A DNA stretch of 64,000 bases, filler included, from a bacterium (GTDB taxonomy: Bacteria > UBA9089 > CG2-30-40-21 > SBAY01), in assembly GCA_040757115.1 (NCBI GenBank). It is 8 parts of 8 records of this genome, joined end to end, with 100 filler letters (N's around TTAATTAATTAA, not from the genome) between each part and the next. Parts side by side here need not be neighbours in the genome. Positions count along the whole stretch, not along the records: positions 1 to 8,612 come from JBFLYA010000159.1; positions 8,713 to 17,256 come from JBFLYA010000160.1; 6 more parts are not named here. One strand, given 5' to 3'. Under the pieces are notes generated by a model, which was not told where the DNA came from, searched no databases, and was given only the letters and a program-made list of their open reading frames with translations. Positions 1 through 10,233 of the stretch are shown in pieces (within the stretch, counting starts at the first letter, position 1; each line of letters opens with the position of its first letter). The position numbers and the translations under genes were made by a program.

Positions 1-19
1 AAATAAGGAGGCAAAAATT

Positions 20-2116
20 ATGGTGAAAAAGATAGATAAATTAGTTCGGGTTACCTTTCTAATACGACTAATCGTCAGTATCTTCATCATTTTGGTCATT
101 CAATTACCTCATGTAGAGGAGATTAACCAAAATGTAGTTTATATCATTGTGGGAATAGGGCTTTTTCTTAGCCTGATATACGAGTTATTGTTGAGGAATA
201 AAGAAGATTTCCCTTATCTAATACATATTATCGCCGGATTAGATGTGGGATTAATTGGGTTTCTTGTAAATTTCACAGGTGGGATTCAAAGTAATTTCTA
301 TTTGTTGTATCTTATGCCTTTAATCTTAGCCTCATTTGCTCTTGATACTCAATCTTGTGTCTTTTTCGGTATATTAGTAAGTACCGCATATCTTTTTAAT
401 ATACTTTTTGATATAGAAAATATTGATGTGCGAACCTATCAATATTTATTTGCAACAAGACTGCCATTATTCTGGGCAATAGTTATTTTGGGCTCTATTT
501 TATCTCGTTACACAAGGAAATTAGCCGAACAAAGCGTTGAAAAAGACAAAATAGTTGACAAACTTCGTGAAGAAATGAATAAAATGTCAGTATTTTATGG
601 AACGACAAGTAAATTATTCTCTTCTTTAATAGACCTGGAAAATATCATGCGATTTGTTGTTGAACGATTTCCTATCATTGCTAATATGGAGCGCTGTACG
701 GTTATGCTTATTGATGAGCATAGTGGCGATTTACTCGGTCGCACCTCTAACCGCATACCTGTTGGAGAACTAAAATGGTTTATGATAAAAAAAGAAGAAC
801 CCTTATATGATTGGCTCGTGAGAGACAATAAGCCGGTGATGATTACAGACCCTAACCCAAGTAAGTTTAGAGGCCCTGCTGAGGATTTTGCTGAACGGTA
901 TAAAATTAAAACAATGATTACTCTACCATTGATGGGTAATGAAAAGTGCTTTGGAGCGATTCATATCGATAATGTAGATGATGACTCACCAATTTATATT
1001 ACTGATGAAGGATTAAACGAACTACAAAAACTTGTTAAATTGGTCGCCATAGCCATTGAAAATGTTAAATCTCATAAAGTTGCCGCAGAACAGAGGGAAT
1101 TAATGAAAAAAGACGAAGAAGCCCTGCGAGAAAAGATGATGCAATTATCAACCTTATTTGATTTTAGTTCTGAGTTAGCCATATCCCATAAATTAGAAGA
1201 TGTCTTATTGGCAATTGAAAAGAAAATGCTCTGTAACTTTGTTGGAGCAAAAAGTTACAGACTCATACTCATAGATAAGGAAAAAGGAGATGGGTTAAAA
1301 ACACTTATCTTCAACAACTGTGATGAGACAATTGAAGACAGAGATAAGGAAATCCTCAATGAGGTCATAAAAAGTGGTGACTCTTTCATGGCAATGGATA
1401 TTCAGAAAGAAGATATTACTAATAGTGAAGGGACTAACATACTTCTTTGTGTCCCGTTAAAAAAGCAAAATGAAACAATTGCGTTACTTGAGATAAAAAA
1501 ATTAGAGCAAGGTATAACTATAAATCTAACTAAATATGTTATCCTTCTGATTGCGGCTAATGTGATGGCTATCTCTATTTCTAATGCCCAGTTGTATGAG
1601 AAAATCTCTTATTTGTCAATAATCGATGGTTTGACCAATCTCTATAATTACAGTTATTTCCAAGACCGCATCAGTGAGGAGATTTTGCGAGCACAAAGGC
1701 ATAGTCTCCCACTTTCGTTATTAATGCTTGATATTGACCACTTTAAATCTATGAATACTATCTATGGGCATCAGGTTGGAAATCGAATACTGGTTGAGAT
1801 TTCCAATATTGTCAAAACAGATGCACGAAAAATAGATATAGCCGTCCGCTATGGCGGCGATGAAATTGTTCTGATATTGACTAATACAGATAAAGAAAAG
1901 GCAGAGATGGTCGCAAAACGATTGTGTAACCTTATCAGTTCGCATAAGTTTCCTATCGGCAGTGCCGCTTTACCTGTAACGGTAAGTATTGGCGTCATTA
2001 CCTGCCCGGAGGATGGAACTAAAGAGGATGAATTAATTGTTAAAATGGAAAATATAATGCAAAAGGCAAAAAAGCAAGGAGGAAATCAGGTTCAAGTCTA
2101 CAAAGAAGTAGCCTGA
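20..2116 (+). CDS. Membrane-anchored GAF-GAF-GGDEF diguanylate cyclase
   Basis: N-terminal TM bundle, two GAF-like segments, C-terminal IDGLTNLYN...DIDHFK...RKID (RxxD I-site)...RYGGDEI; RBS GGAGG upstream. Confidence 0.9.
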   Translation: MVKKIDKLVRVTFLIRLIVSIFIILVIQLPHVEEINQNVVYIIVGIGLFLSLIYELLLRNKEDFPYLIHIIAGLDVGLIGFLVNFTGGIQSNFYLLYLMPLILASFALDTQSCVFFGILVSTAYLFNILFDIENIDVRTYQYLFATRLPLFWAIVILGSILSRYTRKLAEQSVEKDKIVDKLREEMNKMSVFYGTTSKLFSSLIDLENIMRFVVERFPIIANMERCTVMLIDEHSGDLLGRTSNRIPVGELKWFMIKKEEPLYDWLVRDNKPVMITDPNPSKFRGPAEDFAERYKIKTMITLPLMGNEKCFGAIHIDNVDDDSPIYITDEGLNELQKLVKLVAIAIENVKSHKVAAEQRELMKKDEEALREKMMQLSTLFDFSSELAISHKLEDVLLAIEKKMLCNFVGAKSYRLILIDKEKGDGLKTLIFNNCDETIEDRDKEILNEVIKSGDSFMAMDIQKEDITNSEGTNILLCVPLKKQNETIALLEIKKLEQGITINLTKYVILLIAANVMAISISNAQLYEKISYLSIIDGLTNLYNYSYFQDRISEEILRAQRHSLPLSLLMLDIDHFKSMNTIYGHQVGNRILVEISNIVKTDARKIDIAVRYGGDEIVLILTNTDKEKAEMVAKRLCNLISSHKFPIGSAALPVTVSIGVITCPEDGTKEDELIVKMENIMQKAKKQGGNQVQVYKEVA

Positions 2117-2141
2117 ATATTCAGAGGACAGAAGACCGAAG

Positions 2142-2285
2142 GTAACTATTCAGCCACTGATTAACACGGATTAGCACGGATAAATACAGAGGTCAGAGGG
2201 CAGAAGGCAGAGGACAAAGGACAGAAGACAGAGGTCAGAAGCGGGTTGTCCCCCGCTGGCGGGGGTTAGGGAGTAGGTAGTAGAT
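2142..2285 (+). mobile_element. Left part of composite MITE-like element (GTAACTATTCAGCC end)
   Basis: Near-identical to 8353-8430 and 43672-43826: TIR, CACGGATT repeats, CAGAGG/CAGAAG heptamers, CCCCCGCTGGCGGGGG palindrome. Confidence 0.75.
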
Positions 2286-2732
2286 GGGGTGCGTGTAAAA
2301 TTTATGGGTAAAAAATATTGAGGAATATTCATCTTTTTGCCGATATAAAGAAATAGGGTGGGAGATTGCATAATTCACCTTATTTTAAAATAGGAGGGAG
2401 CAAAAAGATGAAAGTGGAGAATGAATGTATGAGACGATTATGAAAAAAGGGTGGTAGATATAGGAATGAGAAAGGCAAAGAATAAGGAGTTAAAGTTGGC
2501 TGAGACAGAGTTAATGGTTCGAGATATGTTGCAAAGGTAGTGGTGCAATAGAAGGGGTTTGTAAGCATGTAGTTGGTTCTCGTTTAAAATAATCAGGGAT
2601 GAAATGGTCAAAGCAAGGAGCTCAAGGAATTCTACAATTAAGGATTTGCTATCTAAACAATAAATGGGATTTATACTGGGAACAGAAATTGAAGGTAGCG
2701 TAAAAGTTACCCACAAATTTTACATATGCCCC
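2286..2732. mobile_element. Putative MITE/IS remnant with ~25-bp imperfect TIRs
   Basis: GGGTGCGTGTAAAATTTATGGGTAA at the left; TTACCCACAAATTTTACATATGCCC at the right (revcomp GGGCATATGTAAAATTTGTGGGTAA); no credible ORF inside. Confidence 0.55.
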
Positions 2733-2747
2733 CATAAGATCTTGATC

Positions 2748-2776
2748 TTGACAGAGAGGAAAAAGTAAAGTATAAT
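2748..2776 (+). promoter_or_regulatory. Sigma70 promoter
   Basis: TTGACA-N17-TATAAT, 22 nt before ATG 2799. Confidence 0.85.
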
Positions 2777-2798
2777 TGATGAGTGATGAGGTGGTAAG

Positions 2799-5234
2799 AT
2801 GGGTAAAAAAGACCGAAAACAAAAGACAGATTACAGAGGGCAGAAAAAGGGGAAATGGAAGGTTTCTTTTAGGATACCAAAGTTTCTTATACCAAAAGAT
2901 GAACTGATTACTCCAAGAGTATTTACTGTAGTTGATTATGGAGTGGGATTCTTAGTGTTTTTACTCTCCTTTGAGGTATATCTGAAAACATTAACTCCTA
3001 CCTTGCCATTTGGAGATAGTGGTAATTTTATTACCTGTGCCTATACATTAGGAATTACTCAACCAACAGGTTACCCTACTTATTTAATGATAGGACATTT
3101 AGTTACATATCTTCCTTTAGGTAATATAGCTTGGCGAGTAAATCTAATCTCTGCTGTTGTAGCAGCATTAGCTTGTATGACCCTCTATCTTTTACTTTTA
3201 AAACTCCAGAGTTTTAGACCTTATAAACAAGATAGAAAAGATTCTTTGGTGGTTCAATACACTCCTCCAGTTGTTGCGGCTTTATTATTAGCAGTATCCT
3301 CTACCTTCTGGTCTCAAGCAGTAGTAACAGAGGTATATACCCTTAATGCTCTATTTCTATTATCAATGGTATTACTACTTGTAATCTGGCGTGAGCGGAT
3401 AATAAATTATAACTCTCAAATAAATTCAAATGTTAATTTACCACTTTATTTATTTGCATTTGTTTGTGGGTTAAGTTTTACTCATCAGTTATCAACTATA
3501 TTTATAATCCCATCAGCAATATTTTGGATATTAATAACAGATAAAAAGATATTTCTTGAGTATAAAAGACTTGGATTATTAATACTTCTTTTTCTAATAG
3601 GGCTTCTTCCTTATCTATATTTGCCAATTAGGGCAAGTATGGAAGCAGAACCAGTTTGGAGAGATACGAGTACATTATTGAGTCTTATAGATCATGTTAC
3701 AGGAAAAGAATTTCAGGACAGGATGACACTTCTTACGGTTAATGAGTTTAAAGAGATAAAACAGTGGGTATTTCACTTAGTAAATATTGCCAGGATAAAG
3801 GAATATTTTAATTTATTTATTAAACAATTTACGGGATATATATGGTGGATTGGTATAATTGGACTCTGGATACTCTTTAAAAATAATTTTAAATTATTAG
3901 TGTTATTAGTGCTAATTTTCATAGCTGATGTACTTTACTCAATAAATTATCAAATCATAGATATAGAGGTTTATTACATACCATCATTTGTAGTCTGGGG
4001 TGTATTTATTGGATGTGGAATAAAGGGGATAATCAATCTTGTAAAGGTTGTAAGGTTCAAATCTTCTTTTATTAAGATAGGAGGAAGTTATATTCTTTGT
4101 ACTTTATTATTATTTTCTCCAATTATTGCATATAGCCAGAATTATTATCAAAACAATAAATCAAAATATTACTTTGCTTATGACTTTGGTCGAAATATCC
4201 TAATGCAATTACCGGATAAAGCAATCTTAATTGTTCAAGCTGAACCGGATATACTCACTACCTGGTATCATAGATATATTGAGAAGGCAAGAGAAGATGT
4301 AGCTATTGTTAGGGTATATAACCTGAATGAAGCCTGGTATATATCAAACATTAAAAATAGGTATCCTTGGTTAAAGATAGAACTAAATGAGGAACCAGTA
4401 AAAGGTTTATATTCCCATTATCAACCCATATTTAAAAGGATTCTTAATGACAATATTGACTCCTTTTCTATATATTTTGTCTTTAGAGATGCACTTATTA
4501 CGAATGTAGGTATAGAAAAAGGATACTCAATTGATGAAGGGATTCTTTCTAAATGTTTAAAGGAAAAGACAGAGGTTATAAATACATTAAAAAATCCTGA
4601 TTACATTTATAGAGGGATATTTGATAAAGAAAGCTATAAAGACTTTTGGGCAAAGGTTGCTATTCGACGATATGCGATTGACTACAACGATAGAGGGCGT
4701 GAATACTTCCGAGTTAAGAAATATATAGATGCAGAGGCAGCATTCAAAATGGCAATAAACCTGATACCTGAAGGTATTGAATATTATTATAATTTAGGTT
4801 TGGTATATTTCAATCAAAAAAGATATGATTTAGCAATAAAAACATTTCAAAAAGCCTTAAAGTTAGACCCTAAATATATAAATGCATATAAAAGTATAGG
4901 AAATATCTATGAAAAACTTGGTAATATTAAGGAGGCAATTAATAATTATAAAAAGGTAGTTGAAATAGATACACAAGATATAGAGATGCACAATGCATTA
5001 GCTCGTGTCTATTATAAAGATGGGATGTTAGATAAAGTTATTGAAGAATGTAAAGAAATCATAAGAATTGCTCCAAACAATATTGAAGCATATGAAGACT
5101 TAGGTAGTATTTATTATATAAAAAGGATGTATAAGCATGCAGTAGTGGTATTTAATTATTTATTAAAACTTGACCCAGATAATAGTTATGCAGAACAAAT
5201 GCTTGAAATAATAAAAAAAATAAAAAAAAATTAA
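2799..5234 (+). CDS. DUF2723 (TMEM260-like GT-C) membrane glycosyltransferase with C-terminal TPRs
   Basis: TLTPTL.FGDSG.F..AYTLGI.QPTGYPTY motif, FWSQAVVTEVYTLN, many TM helices, TPR tail (YYYNLGLVY, AYKSIGNIY). Confidence 0.85.
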   Translation: MGKKDRKQKTDYRGQKKGKWKVSFRIPKFLIPKDELITPRVFTVVDYGVGFLVFLLSFEVYLKTLTPTLPFGDSGNFITCAYTLGITQPTGYPTYLMIGHLVTYLPLGNIAWRVNLISAVVAALACMTLYLLLLKLQSFRPYKQDRKDSLVVQYTPPVVAALLLAVSSTFWSQAVVTEVYTLNALFLLSMVLLLVIWRERIINYNSQINSNVNLPLYLFAFVCGLSFTHQLSTIFIIPSAIFWILITDKKIFLEYKRLGLLILLFLIGLLPYLYLPIRASMEAEPVWRDTSTLLSLIDHVTGKEFQDRMTLLTVNEFKEIKQWVFHLVNIARIKEYFNLFIKQFTGYIWWIGIIGLWILFKNNFKLLVLLVLIFIADVLYSINYQIIDIEVYYIPSFVVWGVFIGCGIKGIINLVKVVRFKSSFIKIGGSYILCTLLLFSPIIAYSQNYYQNNKSKYYFAYDFGRNILMQLPDKAILIVQAEPDILTTWYHRYIEKAREDVAIVRVYNLNEAWYISNIKNRYPWLKIELNEEPVKGLYSHYQPIFKRILNDNIDSFSIYFVFRDALITNVGIEKGYSIDEGILSKCLKEKTEVINTLKNPDYIYRGIFDKESYKDFWAKVAIRRYAIDYNDRGREYFRVKKYIDAEAAFKMAINLIPEGIEYYYNLGLVYFNQKRYDLAIKTFQKALKLDPKYINAYKSIGNIYEKLGNIKEAINNYKKVVEIDTQDIEMHNALARVYYKDGMLDKVIEECKEIIRIAPNNIEAYEDLGSIYYIKRMYKHAVVVFNYLLKLDPDNSYAEQMLEIIKKIKKN

Positions 5235-5243
5235 ACTTTTTTC

Positions 5244-5272
5244 TTGACATTAATTAGTAATGAGGGTATAAT
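5244..5272 (+). promoter_or_regulatory. Sigma70 promoter
   Basis: TTGACA-N17-TATAAT; a MITE begins 2 nt after the -10 box. Confidence 0.8.
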
Positions 5273-5274
5273 AT

Positions 5275-5587
5275 CTGGAGTTTCGTGAATTCTCTATGAT
5301 TCTTTCCTCCTTTAATCTTTGCGTTCTTTGCGGTTGATTTCTTTGCGTTCTTTGCGGTTAAAAAAAAGGATAAACCACAAAGGGCACAAAGTAGTAACGC
5401 AAAGGACACAAAGGGAAGAAAATAGGTGAAGCATTTTTTATCAACTCAACTTCAAAGGACAAGTTGCAAAAAAATCATCAGGCTTTTGAGCCTAATTTTA
5501 CCATCTTTGAGCAAAATAAACAGATTGATAAGGATAAAGAGAACTTTAGATAACCTCAATAGTAGCATAAAATTTACGAAAGTCCAG
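5275..5587. mobile_element. MITE, CTGGAGTTTCGTGAATT family, with 5-bp TSD
   Basis: 17-bp imperfect TIRs, AATAT direct repeat on both flanks, near-identical copy at 41173-41473. Confidence 0.8.
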
Positions 5588-5838
5588 AATATAAAAAGTC
5601 GATATTTTTACTCGTAATATTTATTCTGAACGCAATGGTGAAAAGGATATATATCCCTTATATTTGTAGCTGCAATTTCTATATGGCGAAAAAACTAACT
5701 ATACAAAGGGATGAACGCAGATTATCAGGATAAAAAAAGTAAGGCAAGCATCCTTGCTTGCCAATAACCACTATGCTCTCACAACCGTGGAAGGTTGTGT
5801 TACTTTTATTCCCTAATTTCTGAAAGGAGGAAAGAACA

Positions 5839-7214
5839 ATGATGAATTTTAAAAATGTGTTAATTGTGGGTTTAATAGTAGGAGGATTAGTTTGTGGAGT
5901 AAACAATAGTTTTGCATCAGAGTCAGGTGTCTGTTGGGTAATTGACTGGTATCGCGGTGAAGTAGTGAAATTATCACCAAAGGGGAGTGAAACAGTTCGA
6001 GTGGGTGGATTTCAACTTCCTGATTCAATTTCAGTAAATCCCGCAGATGGCACATGCTGGGTGGCTGATAGTGGTCACGATCAAGTAGTGAAATTATCAC
6101 CAAATGGTAGTGAGATGGTGAGAGTGGGTGGATTTTCTATACTAAGGGCAGTTTCAGTAAATCCGGCAGATGGCACATGCTGGGTGNNNNNNNNNNNNNN
6201 NNNNNNNNNNNNNNNNNNNNNNNNNNNNNNNNNNNNNNNNNNNNNNNNNNNNNNNNNNNNNNNNNNNNNNNNNNNNNNNNNNNNNNGGTGGCTGATAGTG
6301 GTCACGATCAAGTAGTGAAATTATCACCAAATGGTAGTGAGATGGTGAGAGTGGGTGGATTTTCTATACTAAGGGCAGTTTCAGTAAATCCGGCAGATGG
6401 CACATGCTGGGTGGTTGATCACTTTCATAATCAAGTAGTAAAATTATCACCAAATGGGAGTGAAACAGTTAGAGTCGGTGGATTTGATAGACCACATTCA
6501 GTGGCAGTAAATCCGACAGATGGTACATGTTGGGTAAGTGATCCCTGGCAGGACCAAGTAGTGAAATTATCACCAGAGGGAAGTGTGACAGTGAGGGTTA
6601 AACTTGATCTCCCAGCCGGACTTTCAGTGAATTCAAGCGATGGTACATGCTGGGTGGTTGATCATCCCTATCAAGTAGTAAAATTATCACCAGAGGGAAG
6701 TGAAACAGTTCGAGTTGGTGGATTTTTCTGCCCATTTGTTTCAGTAAATCCGACTGATGGTACTTGTTGGGTGGGTGATTTCCAGCATGATCAAGTGGTA
6801 AAATTATCACCTGATGGAAGTGAGATATTCAGAGTTGGAGGATTTGATGGACCAGGTCCAGTTTCGGTAAATCCAGGGTTACCATTAGCGATTGAGATTA
6901 AGTTAAATGGTATTGAGTTTCATACTGAGGATACAATTACTATTGATGCGCATGTAACTAATGGTAAAGAGGAAGTGGATGTAGAAGGAAAATGTTGGGT
7001 TAGATTTCCTGATGATTCATTAATATCCCTATTGAATGTCCCTAAGGCTACTTTACCACCAGAGCTTGATATTATAATCCCTCTACTTCCTGGAGGCTAT
7101 ACCTTTAATGGTGGTGAACCTGAAGGAGAGTATAAGGCAGGTGGAAGATTAGCCTGCCCCATTACCCTTGATTATTTCAGCACGGACATTAAACCTTTTA
7201 CTTTTACTCCATAA
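5839..7214 (+). CDS. Secreted beta-propeller repeat protein (NHL/SMP-30-like) with C-terminal beta-sandwich; spans a 100-N gap
   Basis: Signal peptide, ~42-aa repeats (VSVNPxDGTCWVxDxxHDQVVKLSPxGSExVRVGGF); ORFs 5839-6315 and 6177-7214 are one gene split by gap 6187-6286. Confidence 0.8.
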
Positions 7215-7255
7215 TCAGGAGAGAACAAATCTCTCTTATCTGTGTATTAATCCAG

Positions 7256-7282
7256 CTTTGGCCTCAGCAAATGAGGCTAAAG
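7256..7282. terminator. Stem-loop, possible terminator
   Basis: CTTTGGCCTCA-GCAAA-TGAGGCTAAAG downstream of the propeller gene. Confidence 0.45.
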
Positions 7283-7328
7283 ATGGAATTTTATTTTGGT
7301 CTTGACAATAAGTATAATTATGGAGCAA

Positions 7329-7703
7329 ATGATGGGAAAGAAGTATAGAGGGCAGAGAACAAAAAATAAGAAACAGAAAAAGAGGAGGTGGGAAATCCTT
7401 TCTAATATCCCAAAAATTTTTATACCAGAGGACAAACCATATATCCCAAGAGCATTTACGATGATAGATTATGGTGGTGGAATATTGGTATTTTTTATTT
7501 GCTGGGCGGTTTATCTTCATACCTTGACTCCAACTGTTGGTCTGCATGATTCTGGAGATATGATAACTGCGGCTTATGTCTTAGGTATTCCACATCCCAC
7601 TGGTTATCCACTTTATTGTCTGCTGGGTAAACTATGGATGACTATTTTGCCATTTTATGTCAACAGCCTGTCAAAGGGATACCTTATAAAGGCTGATATT
7701 TGA
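7329..7703 (+). pseudogene. Truncated DUF2723 paralog
   Basis: HTLTPTVGLHDSGDM..AYVLGIPHPTGYPLY matches 2799 and 57355; homology stops at LWMTILPF and a short unrelated tail follows. Confidence 0.8.
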
Positions 7704-7735
7704 CTTCTGACATCTACTATTTGTGAGACAACAAG

Positions 7736-8287
7736 ATGAAACATCAAAAAGTTAATAAAATTAAACTTGTGATAATAATAGTTTTGATACTAACATTATA
7801 TTTATTTGGTTGGTTTAGACCTGAGCTAACCAGGTATGTCCAGATAAACAATCTTCTTTGCCAAAAACAAAAACAACTTGAAAAATACCCAATCCTGCTT
7901 TCAAATAAAGATGAGCATAAAAACCAAACTTTACTTCTAAAAAATGAGCTAAAAAAGATTAAAGATAAACTTTATGTAAGTGAGACTCCTTTGATAGCCA
8001 CAAGCCAGTTTTTGACAGACATCGAAACAATATCTAACACCACCAATGCCAATGTCCTCACCAAAAATATCCTCCCGACTAAAAAGACAGGTAAATATCA
8101 CCACCTATCTGTTATGCTTAATTTACAAACCAACAGTAGTGGGTTGACTAATTTTTTATATGCAATTAAAACCTCAAACAAACTATATTCAATACCTTAT
8201 TTGAATATATTAGCACAAAAAGATAATAAATTAAGGGTAGCGTTAATAATATCCAGCTATATGGTCGTGAGTAACCGTTCAGGTTAG
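7736..8287 (+). CDS. PilO/GspM-like inner-membrane assembly protein
   Basis: N-terminal TM, coiled coil, ferredoxin-like C-terminus (LTNFLYAIK..KLYSI..LNI); the stop lies inside a MITE end. Confidence 0.6.
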   Translation: MKHQKVNKIKLVIIIVLILTLYLFGWFRPELTRYVQINNLLCQKQKQLEKYPILLSNKDEHKNQTLLLKNELKKIKDKLYVSETPLIATSQFLTDIETISNTTNANVLTKNILPTKKTGKYHHLSVMLNLQTNSSGLTNFLYAIKTSNKLYSIPYLNILAQKDNKLRVALIISSYMVVSNRSG

Positions 8288-8612
8288 GCATCAGGTAAAG
8301 CCTCTCGGAATATTGGTAACCGTTCCCCGCAGAGACGCAGAGAAAAAATTAAGTAACTATTCAGCCACTGATTAACACGGATTAGCACGGATAGATACAG
8401 AGGTCAGAGGACAGAAGGCAGAGGACAACAAAAGGAAAAACCTTCAGCCTAATTACGGACACGGAAAACGGACACGGATTACGAATTTTGGTGGTGTCTG
8501 AAAATAACTCTAATAGTGAAATCTATGCAGATTTGGTGTCCAAAAGGGATTTCCTCCAAAGAGCAAAATGCAAAAAGCAAATATAAAAATTACATATCAA
8601 AATGTAAAATTA
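8271..8612 (+). mobile_element. Stack of nested MITE ends at contig end
   Basis: GTAACCGTTCAGG (8271), GTAACCGTTC (8316), GTAACTATTCAGCC (8353), GGTGGTGTCTGAAAAT element (~8489) shared with 43060-43185 (revcomp) and 59408-59490. Confidence 0.75.
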
Positions 8613-8712
8613 NNNNNNNNNNNNNNNNNNNNNNNNNNNNNNNNNNNNNNNNNNNNTTAATTAATTAANNNNNNNNNNNNNNNNNNNNNNNNNNNNNNNN
8701 NNNNNNNNNNNN
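8613..8712. other. Artificial contig spacer (also 17257-17356, 25882-25981, 34378-34477, 42844-42943, 51288-51387, 59694-59793)
   Basis: N44-TTAATTAATTAA-N44, stop codons in all six frames. Confidence 0.98.
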
Positions 8713-9090
8713 GTTTTCCACAATCAATTTCTACCTATTTCTATAAATTTCAATCTATTTCTATTATCTTATCTCCATATCACTCTTATCTCCTTATCCC
8801 CTTTCTTACACTTTTGATATATAGCCTGAACGGTTACCATTATTGCTTACTTGAAGACACGGAACTGGCTACTTCATTTTCCTTATAAAGAAGAAAGAAA
8901 ATGGTAACTATTCTTAACGGACTCTTGGGGTCAAACCGTGAATGTTGAATGTAAAAGGATGACCCTAATCCTACTACGGATTTCACGGATAACGCTGATT
9001 AGCACGGATTATAAAAATAAAAAATCTGTCTCTATCCGGATCATCCGAGTAATCTGTGTACTAAAAAATAAAAGAGGAGTGTGAAGAAAA

Positions 9091-9852
9091 ATGAAAAAAT
9101 GGAAAAAGATTGTTTTATGGATAGCAGGAGGAATAGTGGTGATAATGAGTATATTGATTATTTATGTCGTTGATACCTTGTTTTATCTCTTCCCAAGAAG
9201 GGATACAGAGGCAATACGGAAAATTTTGGTAGCAGATTTTAGACGAGAGACTAGCTGGCAAAGACATCATCGCACACCACCAATAATTTGGCCTTCCCCT
9301 TTTTATGAGCCTAAATTAAAGAGAATGGGTAAATCAATACTTCCTGCGTTAATAGAAATAATAGAAGATGAGAAAGAAGATAGGTATGTTCGAGGATTTG
9401 CATCAGATTGCTTTGAATTCGTGGGAGAAGAAGGGAAAAAATATGTACCCAGATTGATTAAGATTTTAAAACAAGGGGATGAGACAGGACAATGGTGTGC
9501 AGCAAACGCTTTGGCTATTATTGCATATAAATTTGAAGATAAAAGTATTATAACTCCACTAACAGAAGCATATGTGAAAGATAATCACCCTTTTGTATGG
9601 GAATTAAGTAGAGAAAAATCTTCATTATTTAAGGGTAATAAAAAAGCTATAGGACTACTAAGTGAATATTTATTGACCGAAAAAAAATATCATGGAATAC
9701 GGCGTACAGTAGCTGAAATATTAGGGAATATTGGAGATAAGAGGGCAATTGAGCCTTTAAAGGAGATATTAAAAAGGAAGGATGAACATCCGCATGTTAA
9801 AAAAGCCGCTGAAGAGGCTTTAAAAAAAATGTTAAATAAAGGAAATGAATAA
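9091..9852 (+). CDS. Membrane-anchored HEAT-repeat (PBS lyase-like) protein
   Basis: N-terminal TM; AEILGNIGDKRAIEPL, VKKAAEEALKK. Confidence 0.8.
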   Translation: MKKWKKIVLWIAGGIVVIMSILIIYVVDTLFYLFPRRDTEAIRKILVADFRRETSWQRHHRTPPIIWPSPFYEPKLKRMGKSILPALIEIIEDEKEDRYVRGFASDCFEFVGEEGKKYVPRLIKILKQGDETGQWCAANALAIIAYKFEDKSIITPLTEAYVKDNHPFVWELSREKSSLFKGNKKAIGLLSEYLLTEKKYHGIRRTVAEILGNIGDKRAIEPLKEILKRKDEHPHVKKAAEEALKKMLNKGNE

Positions 9853-10233
9853 AAATGAATAAAAGGATAAGTAAGTTTCTACTAACAATAATTACCATTC
9901 TAATTCTATTTATCCCTATCTTTTCAACTGGAGATGATGAGACTAAACCTCAACCAGGGGATGTATTTTTCAGAACAGACAATGTCACGCCATGACGCAA
10001 TGACGCAAAGAGAAGTAAGAAAATAGTTGAAAGGAAAAGGAAAGTGTGATATAATGGTAGTTAAAGTTAAGGAAGTATCAAATTTTAAAACCACCAAGTC
10101 CACAAAGGGCACAAAGAGAGAATAATCTTATAAATCTTTGTGTTCTTTGTGTGCTTTGTGGTTCAAAACATATAATCAGTTTAATCCGTTTAATCCGCTT
10201 ACTAAAAAAACAAAAAAGGAGTGTGATGGAAAA

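Noticed and set aside
5426-5617. ORFs 5426-5617, 41113-41412, 2171-2371, 43816-44019, 38058-38327, 61083-61307
   Set aside because: They lie in MITE, repeat or attC DNA and translate repeat-derived low-complexity peptides.
6050-6415. Frameshift or exact duplication in the propeller gene
   Set aside because: The 100-N gap has arbitrary length and identical sequence flanks it, so repeat number and frame are assembly-uncertain.
8657-8668. Recurring TTAATTAATTAA palindrome and ORFs ending in XXX-LIN
   Set aside because: Artificial concatenation spacer inside N runs; not biological.
10138-10233. Longer N-termini in the ORF track (also 34794, 40384, 41943, 7296)
   Set aside because: Upstream starts lie in repeats or lack an RBS; downstream ATGs have clear RBS motifs or match paralog starts.
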